Part shown: positions 10,496-19,271 of the stretch, piece by piece
How the letters are laid out: every line of letters begins with the position of its first letter
Numbering within the stretch: the stretch's first letter is position 1
Assembly (NCBI GenBank): GCA_965200355.1
Contig: OZ241351.1
Span: 44,896-108,895 of the forward strand
Length of the DNA: 64,000 nt
Reading direction: 5' to 3'
Source of the DNA: an uncultured Candidatus Binatia bacterium
Lineage (GTDB): Bacteria > Desulfobacterota > Binatia > Bin18
Notes under the pieces: generated by a model
The model's input: only the letters and a program-made list of their open reading frames with translations
What the model was told of the DNA's origin: nothing
Database searches by the model: none
Made by a program: the position numbers and the translations under genes

Positions 10496-11872
10496 ATGAC
10501 CACCGGTGTGGAGTCTCCAGACACCCATCCGTTTGTCCGTCACCCGCATCGCACCTTTACGACGCTGAGCGTGCCGGTCATGGCCTCCCTCGTGGTCGAG
10601 CCGTTTGCCAGCCTGGTCGATACCGCATTTGTCGAACGGCTGGGCGCGGCTTCGGCAGCCGGCCTGGGCGCGGCAACCGCGCTGCTGTCCGGCGTGCTGT
10701 GGATTTTCAATTTCCTGGGCGTGGGCACCCAAACCGAGGTGGCGCGAGCCCTGGGCGCAGGGCAAGCGCACCGAGTCGGGAGTGTGGCCAGCCTGGGGGT
10801 GCTGCTCGCCGTGCTCTTGGGGCTGGGACTGACCCTCCTCACCTGGCCGGGCATTGGGCGCTTTTCCGTCTGGATGAGCGCCGATGCTGCCGTGCAGACA
10901 GATACGCACGTCTATCTCCATATTCGCCTGTTCGGGATTGTGCCCAGCCTGGTTGTGACCGCGGCGTTTGGCATCTTGCGCGGGCTGCAAGTCATGCGCC
11001 CAGCGCTCTGGATTGCGGGCGGCATGAGTCTGGTCAATATCGTCCTGGACCCCATACTGATTTTCGGGCTTGGGCCGGTGCCGGCGCTGGGGATTGCCGG
11101 CGCTGCTTGGGCAACCGTGCTGAGCCAGATGCTCGGTATGGGGTGGGCGCTGTGGGTCGTGGTCAGGCGCACGAGGCTGAGCGCTGAGTTTGCCTGGCCG
11201 CGGACGCGCCGCTTTTTTCTGATTGGCCGCGACCTGGCGCTGCGAACGGGATTCGCTCAGCTCTTTATGCTGACCGCGACCTGGACGGCCCTTCAGATCA
11301 GCGTCGAGGCCGGCGCCGCGCATCAGGCCCTGCGTCAGTTGTGGATGTTTCTGGCCTTTCTGCTGGATGCCTATGCCATCACGGCCCAGAGCCTGATCGG
11401 CTATTTCCTGGGCGCGGCCCGGATCGACATCGCCCGACAGGCCGCCCGGATTGCCTGTGGCTGGGCGCTGGGGACCGGCGGGGGGTTATGCCTGGTCCTG
11501 CTGTTGGGCGAGCGTCTTATTGCGTTTCTTTTAGTGCCGCCGGGCGCCCAGAGCCTTTTTCTGGTCGGCCTCCTCATCTGCGCCGTGACGCAGCCCCTCA
11601 ACGCGCTGTCCTTTGTCACCGACGGGATTCATTGGGGAACCGGCGATTATGCCTATCTGCGCAACGCCATGATTGCGGCCACGGGGACGGGCGTGCTTGG
11701 CCTGCTGCACATCGATCCGACCCACGCCCAGGCGTTTGCTCAGGTGTGGTGGGCGGTGTCAGTGTGGATCGTTATCCGGGCGACATTTGGCCTGCTGCGT
11801 ATCTGGCCGGGCCTCGGCAAAGCCGTTCTGCGGCGGTCGGGGCCGGGCTCAGGATTCCGCCTCCTCCCTTGA
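10496..11872 (+). CDS. MATE family efflux transporter (DinF-like)
   Basis: EPFASLVDTAFV, GILRGLQ, NIVLDPILIFG, GAAWATV; many TM segments. Confidence 0.9.
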   Translation: MTTGVESPDTHPFVRHPHRTFTTLSVPVMASLVVEPFASLVDTAFVERLGAASAAGLGAATALLSGVLWIFNFLGVGTQTEVARALGAGQAHRVGSVASLGVLLAVLLGLGLTLLTWPGIGRFSVWMSADAAVQTDTHVYLHIRLFGIVPSLVVTAAFGILRGLQVMRPALWIAGGMSLVNIVLDPILIFGLGPVPALGIAGAAWATVLSQMLGMGWALWVVVRRTRLSAEFAWPRTRRFFLIGRDLALRTGFAQLFMLTATWTALQISVEAGAAHQALRQLWMFLAFLLDAYAITAQSLIGYFLGAARIDIARQAARIACGWALGTGGGLCLVLLLGERLIAFLLVPPGAQSLFLVGLLICAVTQPLNALSFVTDGIHWGTGDYAYLRNAMIAATGTGVLGLLHIDPTHAQAFAQVWWAVSVWIVIRATFGLLRIWPGLGKAVLRRSGPGSGFRLLP

Positions 11873-11932
11873 CGCGGCTCCGGCGTTTTTCATACAGTCG
11901 GGGGCAACCCTACGCAAAGAGGAGACACGCTT

Positions 11933-12340
11933 ATGATCACACGCCGCAACCCGGATGTGGGCTATATGCCGGATGAGACTTTTCGGACCTACGGCTTCAC
12001 CCAGAGCATCAGAGCCGGCAATACGCTCTATCTGTCGGGGGTCGCGCCCTTCAAAGGCACCCTTGATGATGTGGAGGTCGTCGGGGTCGGAGATATCCGC
12101 GCCCAGGTTGCCCAGGTCCTGGAGATTATCAAACGCTGTCTGGCCGCCGAGGGGGCGACCTTCAAAAACTGGGTCGCCCAAACCGTCTATACCACGCAGA
12201 TGACCGAACTCCAGAAAACAGCCGACCTTTTTCGCCAGGCATTCGGGGCCTATGCCCCGACGAGTACCTGGGTCGAGATCAAGGGCCTGTTTGTTCCCGA
12301 GCAATTAGTCGAGATCAACGGGACGGCCATTTTGGACTGA
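11933..12340 (+). CDS. RidA/YjgF family protein
   Basis: FTQSIRAGNTLYLSG, PTSTWVEIKGL..LVEI. Confidence 0.85.
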   Translation: MITRRNPDVGYMPDETFRTYGFTQSIRAGNTLYLSGVAPFKGTLDDVEVVGVGDIRAQVAQVLEIIKRCLAAEGATFKNWVAQTVYTTQMTELQKTADLFRQAFGAYAPTSTWVEIKGLFVPEQLVEINGTAILD

Positions 12341-12419
12341 GCCCCGTCGTCTTTGGCCGAGCAGCCCAGGGGAGTTCCGTCAGGCCAGACCCAAGAGTGA
12401 CCCAGAAGGAGGAACGAGC

Positions 12420-12851
12420 ATGGCAACCAGAAAAGCGACGCAACAGGCCGCCCCCGCCCAGGATACGGCTATGAAAATTATCGACCCGGGCTGGAGCTGG
12501 GATGATGGCCTGCCCTTAGCCCAGGCCAAACAGATCGGCAACACCATTTATGTATCCGGCCAGGTCGCTTTCAACGCGCAGGGCAAGCTGGTTGGCAAAG
12601 GGAATATAAAAGTCCAGACGCGCCAAGTCTTCCGCAATATCAAGGCCGTCCTGGCCGCGGCGGGTGCCAAGATGGAGCATATTATCAAGATCAATACCTA
12701 TATCACCGACGGCAGCAAGTTCATGGATATGCTCGAAGCGCGCGGTGAAATTTTCGGTGACAACCCGCCGGCCAGTACCGCGGTTGTGGTGGCCGGCCTG
12801 GCTTTTCCGGGTCTCCTGATTGAGGTGGAAGCGATTGCCGTCAAGCCGTAA
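12420..12851 (+). CDS. RidA/YjgF family protein
   Basis: GNTIYVSGQVA, QTRQVFRNI, PASTAVVVAGL..LLIEVEAIA. Confidence 0.88.
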   Translation: MATRKATQQAAPAQDTAMKIIDPGWSWDDGLPLAQAKQIGNTIYVSGQVAFNAQGKLVGKGNIKVQTRQVFRNIKAVLAAAGAKMEHIIKINTYITDGSKFMDMLEARGEIFGDNPPASTAVVVAGLAFPGLLIEVEAIAVKP

Positions 12852-12894
12852 CGCTACGCCTTTCGCTCGGACCCGGAACCCCCAGCAAATCAAC

Positions 12895-13839
12895 ATGCCC
12901 GCCACGAGACAGGACAGGCTGGCCACGTTCACCCCTCACCTCAAGGGCCTGCTGCTCATGCTCGGCGCCAGCCTGTGCTGGAGCACGGGCGGCCTGTTCG
13001 TTCGCTCGGTCAGCGTCCCCAATAGCTGGGAGATCGCCTGCTGGCGCTCGCTTGCTATGGGCGTATTCCTGTTCGTCTGGCTCGCCTTTCGCCACGCCGG
13101 CCAGGTGGGCCGGGCGGTCGTCGCCATCGGGCTGGGCGGCTTCCTCGCCGGCCTGTGTCTGGCCGCCTCATTCCTGGGCTTCATTCTCGCCGTTACTCAG
13201 ACAACGGTGGCGCAGACGCTCGTCATCATCAGTACCTCGCCTTTTCTGGCAGCGCTCTTGGGACGGGTCTTTCTTGGCGAGGTGGTCCCGGTCCGGCGCT
13301 ACGTTGCCATGGGCATCGCTCTGACCGGCATCAGCGCCATGTGTCTCGATTCGCTCACCACCGGGACGCTGGCCGGGAGTGTCATCGCCGCTGGCGTTGC
13401 GGTGGCCTTTGCGGTCTGCGTCATTCTGCTGCGTCACAGTCAGGCGCAAGCCGATATGACACCGGCGGTGCTGGTGGCCGCGATTCTGTCCAGCGCCGTC
13501 GCCCTGCCCTTCAGCCTGCCATTTCAGGCTGCGTGGCAGGACATCGGCATCCTGGCCTGTATGGGCACCATTCAGGGCGGGCTGGGTTGCCTGCTCATGA
13601 CGCGGGCGGCACGGCATATTACCGCAGTTGAAGTCAGTCTCCTGGCACTCCTGGAAACCATCCTTGGGCCGCTATGGGTGTGGGTCGGCGTGGGGGAACG
13701 GCCCAGCGACCTCGCCATTGTCGGCGGCCTGCTGGTGGTTGGCTCGTTAGCCCTGAATGAACTCCTGGGTCTCTACGGCCAGCGGCACACCGGGGCCGCC
13801 CCGCTCCCCTCGGGAAAATCAGCCGGTCAACCCGTGTGA
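12895..13839 (+). CDS. DMT/EamA family transporter
   Basis: About 10 hydrophobic segments, WSTGGLFVR, FLGE, LLETILGPLWVW. Confidence 0.85.
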   Translation: MPATRQDRLATFTPHLKGLLLMLGASLCWSTGGLFVRSVSVPNSWEIACWRSLAMGVFLFVWLAFRHAGQVGRAVVAIGLGGFLAGLCLAASFLGFILAVTQTTVAQTLVIISTSPFLAALLGRVFLGEVVPVRRYVAMGIALTGISAMCLDSLTTGTLAGSVIAAGVAVAFAVCVILLRHSQAQADMTPAVLVAAILSSAVALPFSLPFQAAWQDIGILACMGTIQGGLGCLLMTRAARHITAVEVSLLALLETILGPLWVWVGVGERPSDLAIVGGLLVVGSLALNELLGLYGQRHTGAAPLPSGKSAGQPV

Positions 13840-13931
13840 TCTCATTTATTATTCCCGCCTCTATGGCTGTGACGGGCCTCCATGTGGAGTAATATACCTC
13901 CAAGCAAAAAAGAGGAGCAAAGGTTCAATAT

Positions 13932-14189
13932 ATGCGGATCACCACTGTTACCAGCCGGGAATTCAATCAGGACGTGAGCAAGGCCAAGCGGGATGCAGCG
14001 GGGGGGCCGGTTTTTATCACCGACCGTGGCCGGACGGCGCACGTCTTATTGACTATTGAGGACTACCTCAAAATTACCAGGACGGAAGAAAGCCTCATCG
14101 AATTACTCGCCATGCCGGAAGCCGCAGACCTCGACTTTGAGCCGCCCCGCTTGGACGCTGCAATAGGCAGAACAGCGGACTTCTCCTGA
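13932..14189 (+). CDS. Phd/YefM family antitoxin
   Basis: SREFNQDVSKAKR..GPVFITDRGRTAHVLL; overlaps the PIN toxin start. Confidence 0.9.
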   Translation: MRITTVTSREFNQDVSKAKRDAAGGPVFITDRGRTAHVLLTIEDYLKITRTEESLIELLAMPEAADLDFEPPRLDAAIGRTADFS

Positions 14190-14605
14190 TGTATCTGCTC
14201 GACACCAATGTCATTGCTGAGCTGAGAAAAGCGAAGTCCCCCAAAGTCGATCAAAAAGTCCTGGCATGGGCCAGGGGTGTTTCGGCGGCCAGCCTTTTCT
14301 TATCGGTGATTACGGTTTTGGAACTTGAAAAGGGCGTCCTTCTGATTGAGCGTCGAGACCCGACGCAGGGCGCGATACTCCGCTCCTGGCTCGATATCCA
14401 TGTGTTACCGACATTCCGCGAGCGCATTCTACCTGTTGATACCGCAGTTGCTCAATGTTGCGCCAGACTGCACGTCCCGACCCCCCGTCCAGATCGTGAT
14501 GCGCTCATCGCGGCCACGGCACTGGTTCATAGGCTGACAGTCGTCACCCGAAATGTCAGTGATTTTGCGCCGACAGGCGTCGAGATCGTCAACCCTTGGG
14601 CATGA
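14189..14605 (+). CDS. vapC: VapC family PIN toxin
   Basis: YLLDTNVIAEL, ELEKG, DALIAATA, VVTRNVSDF. Confidence 0.93.
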   Translation: MYLLDTNVIAELRKAKSPKVDQKVLAWARGVSAASLFLSVITVLELEKGVLLIERRDPTQGAILRSWLDIHVLPTFRERILPVDTAVAQCCARLHVPTPRPDRDALIAATALVHRLTVVTRNVSDFAPTGVEIVNPWA

Positions 14606-14659
14606 GCAAATCCCGCTCGGGATCCATCGGATCAGGAAGCCGGGGAGGCTAGGCACAAA

Positions 14660-14700
14660 CCCACCCCAGCCCTATGGGCCACCCCCTCCCGAGAGGGGAT
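14660..14700. repeat. C/G-rich palindromic repeat between convergent genes
   Basis: CCCACCCC-AGCCCTATGGGC-CACCCCCTCCCGAGAGGGGA; same hairpin-plus-C-tail layout as the other repeats. Confidence 0.5.
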
Positions 14701-14708
14701 GAGGCACC

Positions 14709-16151
14709 TCAGGCGCAGACCGGCGGCAGTTTCTCTATCCACGGCTGGGCCTGCTCAAGCTGGGCCGCCACGCTGAGCAACACGTCTTCCCGGCCGTAGG
14801 CCGGCATCAGATGGACGCCAACCGGCAGGCCGTCTGCACTCCAGTGTAAGGGCAGAGAAATCCCCGGCTGGCCGCTCACATTTGCAACCGGGGTATACGG
14901 AATAAGATCAAGCACCCGCCGATATATCTCATCCGGGGCGGCCGCGGCGCTGCACAGTTGGCCCAGAGGCGGCGGTGGGGTGCTCAGGGTCGCCGTGAGG
15001 AGCAGGTCAAACCCGTCTGCCCACCAGGCGGCCAGACGCCGCTGCCAGCGCTCCAGCCATTCAAGCGCGGCAATATATTCCGTCACACCAATGGACCGGC
15101 CCCGGCTCATGAGGTCCCAGGTGTAGCGCTCGAAATCGTCCGGACCAACTGCCCGGCCCAACGCGTCGGCAACGTCTTCCGCGGTCCGCGCAGAGTGAGC
15201 CAGCACAATCGTGCCAAAGTGAGTCCCCCATTTCTCGTCCAGCGCTGGCGGATGGGCAACCTCGATCTGGTGGCCGAGAGATTCCAACAGCTTGGCCGTG
15301 TTTTCTGCCGCGGCGACACATTCGGGGTGCAGCGTGTCTTGACTGCCCGGCCGCTTGGTCATCAGGCCGATGCGGAGCGCGCCAGGCTCCCGCCGGGCGG
15401 CCTCGGCGAACGAGCCCACACACGCGGGAGCCGCATACGGGTCGCCCGGCATGGCCCCGGCGGTCGCATCAAGGACAGTGGCCGCGTCACGCACGGACAA
15501 GCAGACCACCCCCTCGGCAATACAGCCGGCCCAGGCTTCGCCATACCCCGGCCCCAACGATAACCGCCCCCGGCTGGGTTTCAGACCGACCAGGCCGCAG
15601 GCGCTGGCCGGGATACGAATCGACCCCCCGCCATCATTGGCGTGCGCCACCGGCACCAGCCGCGCCGCCACCGCGGCCGCACTGCCACCACTCGACCCGC
15701 CGGTCGAGTGGTTGGTATTCCACGGATTCCGGCTCGGCCCGTAGGCTTCCGGCTCGGTCGTGGTGGCAAAGCCGAACTCCGGGGTGTTGGTCTGGCCTAG
15801 CGTAATCAGGCCGGCAGCGCGGAATTTATCGGCCAGATAGGTGCTGTGGGGGGCCGTGTAGTGGGCCGCTTTGAGCGCCTTGCAGCCATTATGGATTTCA
15901 TCGCCGGCGTGCACGCAGAACAGGTCTTTCAGCAGAAACGGCACCCCCTTGAACGGGCCGTCGGGTAGGGGTGCTGCGTCCGCTTCGGCCCGCGCTTTTT
16001 CATAGCGCGGACGAATCACGGCGTTGAGCTGCGGATTGAGCCGTTCCACCCGCTCGATAGCCGCCTCCACAAGCTCCCGCGGACTGACTGCTCCGCTCCG
16101 CACCAACTCGGCCTGGGCCGTGGCATCCATTTTTGTGAGATCGTCTGGCAT
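14709..16151 (-). CDS. Amidase (amidase signature family)
   Basis: GVPFLLKD, GGSSGGS, ANDGGGSIRIPAS Lys-Ser-Ser triad. Confidence 0.93.
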   Translation of the reverse strand: MPDDLTKMDATAQAELVRSGAVSPRELVEAAIERVERLNPQLNAVIRPRYEKARAEADAAPLPDGPFKGVPFLLKDLFCVHAGDEIHNGCKALKAAHYTAPHSTYLADKFRAAGLITLGQTNTPEFGFATTTEPEAYGPSRNPWNTNHSTGGSSGGSAAAVAARLVPVAHANDGGGSIRIPASACGLVGLKPSRGRLSLGPGYGEAWAGCIAEGVVCLSVRDAATVLDATAGAMPGDPYAAPACVGSFAEAARREPGALRIGLMTKRPGSQDTLHPECVAAAENTAKLLESLGHQIEVAHPPALDEKWGTHFGTIVLAHSARTAEDVADALGRAVGPDDFERYTWDLMSRGRSIGVTEYIAALEWLERWQRRLAAWWADGFDLLLTATLSTPPPPLGQLCSAAAAPDEIYRRVLDLIPYTPVANVSGQPGISLPLHWSADGLPVGVHLMPAYGREDVLLSVAAQLEQAQPWIEKLPPVCA

Positions 16152-16180
16152 GGTCTGTCCTCCCTTCCGGTTGAGCGTGG

Positions 16181-16210
16181 ATTATCCTGCCAGGCCAGAA
16201 AGTTTGTCAA
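16181..16210 (-). promoter_or_regulatory. Candidate sigma-70 promoter of the amidase
   Basis: TTGACA-N18-GATAAT on the minus strand, about 30 nt upstream of the ATG, followed by a GGGAGG RBS. Confidence 0.5.
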
Positions 16211-16292
16211 GGACAAGCAGCGGGGAGACTCGCCCTGCGTCTCATCCTGCGTTAAGAGAAGGGAGACAGAGCGGACACACAGGAGGAAGCAG

Positions 16293-16580
16293 ATGTCAGC
16301 CTATATTATTGTGGATGTTCAGGTGACCGACCCCGAGGTGTACGCCGGCTATACGAAACTCGTGCCGGCAACCGTAGCCGCCTACGGCGGGAAGTTCATC
16401 GTCCGGGGAGGGGCCGCCGAAAATATGGAGGGCGACTGGGAGCCTCACCGGGTGGTTGTGCTCGAATTCGAGAGCGTGGCCCAAGCCAAGGCGTGGTATC
16501 ACTCGGAAGAATATCGCGCGCCGAAGGGCCTCCGCCACAGCGCCTCTCAGGCGAAAATGATTGTGGTTGAGGGAGCCTAG
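16293..16580 (+). CDS. DUF1330 family protein
   Basis: [36 protein letters not shown]. Confidence 0.88.
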   Translation: MSAYIIVDVQVTDPEVYAGYTKLVPATVAAYGGKFIVRGGAAENMEGDWEPHRVVVLEFESVAQAKAWYHSEEYRAPKGLRHSASQAKMIVVEGA

Positions 16581-16633
16581 CCGGTCGTGGTTCAGGACCC
16601 TCTGATGATGCAGACGAGCGAAAGGATACAGAG

Positions 16634-18358
16634 GTGGCAAGAGCACAACAGACACAAGACGCGCTCGCGCCGGCCACCACCCAGGGCGCGACAACTGGCT
16701 ACGAGGCCACACTCTGGGCTATGGCCGACGCCCTGCGCGGCAGCATGGACGCCGCGGAGTATAAGCACGTTGTTCTCGGCCTCATCTTTCTGAAATACAT
16801 CTCCGACGCCTTCGAGGAGACATACGCCCGTCTCGAAGCCGAGCGAGACGAGGGGGCCGACCCCGAGGACCCGGACGAATATCGCGCCGAGAACATTTTC
16901 TGGGTGCCGCCCGAGGCCCGCTGGACCCGGCTCAAGGCCCAGGCGCGGCAAGCCACCATCGGCCAACTCGTCGATGACGCCATGACCGGCATTGAGCGCG
17001 ACAACCCAGCGCTCAGGGATGTCCTGCCCAAGGACTACGCCCGCCCAGCGCTCGACAAGCAGCGGCTCGGCCAGCTCATCGACCTTATCAGCAATATCCA
17101 GGTCGGCGACGTGGCGGCCCGGTCCAAGGACGTGTTGGGCCGCGTCTACGAATACTTTCTGTCGCAGTTCGCCAGCGCCGAGGGCAAAAAGGGCGGCGAG
17201 TTCTATACCCCGCGCTGCGTGGTCAAGCTCTTGGTCGAGATGCTGGATCCGTATCACGGGCGGGTCTATGACCCCTGTTGCGGCTCCTCCGGCATGTTCG
17301 TCCAGTCGGTCGCCTTCATTCGTGCCCATCAATCCGGCAACGGTCAGGGCAGGGCACTCCAGGGCGCTAAGGCCGACATCTCAATCTATGGTCAGGAGTC
17401 CAACTACACCACCTGGCGGCTGGCCAAGATGAACCTGGCCATTCGCGGTATCGAGGGCCAGCTCGCCCACGGCGACACGTTCCACAACGACCGTCACCCC
17501 GACTTGAAGGCCGATTTTATCCTGGCCAACCCGCCCTTCAACATCTCCGACTGGGGCGGCGAACGGCTGGCCACCGACAAGCGCTGGCAGTACGGCACCC
17601 CGCCCAAGGGCAACGCCAACTTCGCCTGGGTCCAGCATATCGTCCACCACCTGGCGCCGGCCGGCACGGCTGGCTTTGTCCTGGCCAACGGATCCATGTC
17701 GTCCAACCAGTCGGGCGAGGGACGTATCAGGAAAAGCCTGATCGAAGCTAGTCTAGTGGACTGCATGGTGGCCTTGCCCGGCCAGCTTTTCTATTCGACC
17801 CAGATTCCGGCCTGTCTGTGGTTTCTGGCCCGCAATCGCAAGAATCGGCCGGCCAGCGGCCGGCGTGGCGACATCCTGTTCATCGACGCCCGCAAGCTCG
17901 GTCGCCTGGTAGACCGCACTCACCGCGAACTGACCGACACCGACATCGCCCGCATCGCCGCCACCTACTACACCTGGCGCACGCCCCCTTTTACTCCTCC
18001 CTCTCCCCCGACTCCTCCTCCCTCTCCCTCGATTCCTACCCCCTCTCCCTTGAAGGGAGAGGGCTGGGGTGAGGGTGCCCGAAGTGAGCGCGCCCGAAGT
18101 CCGCGTACCCGAAGTCCGCGTGTCACCGCCTACGCCGACATTCCCGGTTTCTGCAAAAGCGCCTCCCTGGCAGAGGTCCGCAAGCACGGCTATGTCCTGA
18201 CCCCCGGTCGCTACGTTGGCGCGGAGGCGCAAGAGGACGACGGCGAGCCGTTCGAGCGCAAGATGCACCGGCTGGTGGCGCAATGGAGAGACCGGCAATC
18301 CGAAGCAACGAAACTGGACGCAGCCATAGCGGCAAATCTACAAAAACTCGGGCTATGA
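16634..18358 (+). CDS. hsdM: Type I restriction-modification methyltransferase subunit
   Basis: [26 protein letters not shown] (motif I), NPPF (motif IV), [10 protein letters not shown]. Confidence 0.95.
   Translation: MARAQQTQDALAPATTQGATTGYEATLWAMADALRGSMDAAEYKHVVLGLIFLKYISDAFEETYARLEAERDEGADPEDPDEYRAENIFWVPPEARWTRLKAQARQATIGQLVDDAMTGIERDNPALRDVLPKDYARPALDKQRLGQLIDLISNIQVGDVAARSKDVLGRVYEYFLSQFASAEGKKGGEFYTPRCVVKLLVEMLDPYHGRVYDPCCGSSGMFVQSVAFIRAHQSGNGQGRALQGAKADISIYGQESNYTTWRLAKMNLAIRGIEGQLAHGDTFHNDRHPDLKADFILANPPFNISDWGGERLATDKRWQYGTPPKGNANFAWVQHIVHHLAPAGTAGFVLANGSMSSNQSGEGRIRKSLIEASLVDCMVALPGQLFYSTQIPACLWFLARNRKNRPASGRRGDILFIDARKLGRLVDRTHRELTDTDIARIAATYYTWRTPPFTPPSPPTPPPSPSIPTPSPLKGEGWGEGARSERARSPRTRSPRVTAYADIPGFCKSASLAEVRKHGYVLTPGRYVGAEAQEDDGEPFERKMHRLVAQWRDRQSEATKLDAAIAANLQKLGL
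17981..18122. repeat. In-frame repeat insertion inside hsdM
   Basis: Three degenerate CTCCCTCTCCC units, hairpin CCCTCTCCC-TTGAA-GGGAGAGGG-CTGGGGTGAGGG (18041-18075), then three 15-bp CCCGAAGT-containing units; translates as a Pro-rich linker. Confidence 0.8.
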
Positions 18359-18492
18359 TTCTCAGCGACAAGGACCGCAGGACCGAGTTGTTCGCGAGTG
18401 GGGCATTTATTGCGGCCTTCCAAGGCTTCGAGCAGCAGGCCGCCAAATGGCCATACGCGCCCTGCCCACTGTGGCCAAAAGCGCGGGACTGA
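18355..18492 (+). pseudogene. Truncated HigB/RelE-type toxin remnant
   Basis: [29 protein letters not shown] resembles the N-terminus of HigB killer proteins; ATGA overlap with the hsdM stop; only 45 codons. Confidence 0.55.
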
Positions 18493-18528
18493 TGCGGTTG
18501 CCGGAAAGCTAGGCTTTGGGAGCGTGTC

Positions 18529-18948
18529 ATGAATATCAACACCGACTACCTTGACCGCTGCATCGAAACGCTGGAACGCGCGTTTGATCTGTTCCAGGAT
18601 TACGGCCCGGGCGAGATTGAATATGATCTCTACCGCTCGGCTTGTGTCAAGGAATTTGAACTCATTGAAGAGCAGTGCGGCAGCCTGCTGCAAAAGCGGC
18701 TCCGGGAGTACTTCGCCAGCAACCGCGCAGTCGATGAACTCTATTTCAAAGACATCTTCCGTCATGCCGCCAAGCACACCCTGATTACAAGCGACCAGTG
18801 CGAGCGATGGCTGCACTACCGCGACTACCGCAACGACTCCGCTCACCGCTACGGCGAAGACTACGCCGAGGAAGTGCTGACCGCATTACCCACATTTATC
18901 GAGGACGCAAAGGCGGTCTCCCGCGTGCTACAACAGTCAGACTCATGA
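18529..18948 (+). CDS. HEPN-domain protein (HI0074-like nucleotidyltransferase substrate-binding family), putative toxin
   Basis: ACVKEFEL, FKDIFRHA, RNDSAHRY (R-X4-H HEPN motif). Confidence 0.85.
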   Translation: MNINTDYLDRCIETLERAFDLFQDYGPGEIEYDLYRSACVKEFELIEEQCGSLLQKRLREYFASNRAVDELYFKDIFRHAAKHTLITSDQCERWLHYRDYRNDSAHRYGEDYAEEVLTALPTFIEDAKAVSRVLQQSDS

Positions 18949-19271
18949 CCCGGCAACTCAACGTTACACCCCGCCACCGGGAACAGCTTACCCGCCTGCT
19001 GCGCGAACATCTGCCCGGCGTAGAAGTGTGGGCCTACGGCAGTCGCGTCAACGGCAGAAGCCACGACGGCAGCGACCTTGACCTGGTATTGCGTGGCCCC
19101 GGTCTCGCCAAAATCAGCCCCACGCAACTGGCCGCATTCAATGAAGCAGTACAGGAATCCACCATTCCCTTTCTCATAGAAGCGCGGGACTGGGCACGAT
19201 TGCCGGCAAGTTTTCAGCGCGAGATTGAGCGGGAATATGTGGTGGTGGAGGGAGGAGGAAGCGATCCGTAA
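18945..19271 (+). CDS. Minimal nucleotidyltransferase (MNT), putative antitoxin
   Basis: VWAYGSRVNGRSHDGSDLDLV (GS-X10-DXD); ATGA overlap with the HEPN gene. Confidence 0.88.
   Translation: MTRQLNVTPRHREQLTRLLREHLPGVEVWAYGSRVNGRSHDGSDLDLVLRGPGLAKISPTQLAAFNEAVQESTIPFLIEARDWARLPASFQREIEREYVVVEGGGSDP

Noticed and set aside
13840-13903. YYSTWRPVTAI on the minus strand resembling a vanadium haloperoxidase motif
   Set aside because: Only a few residues in the AT-rich TA promoter region, with no supporting flanking similarity; likely chance.
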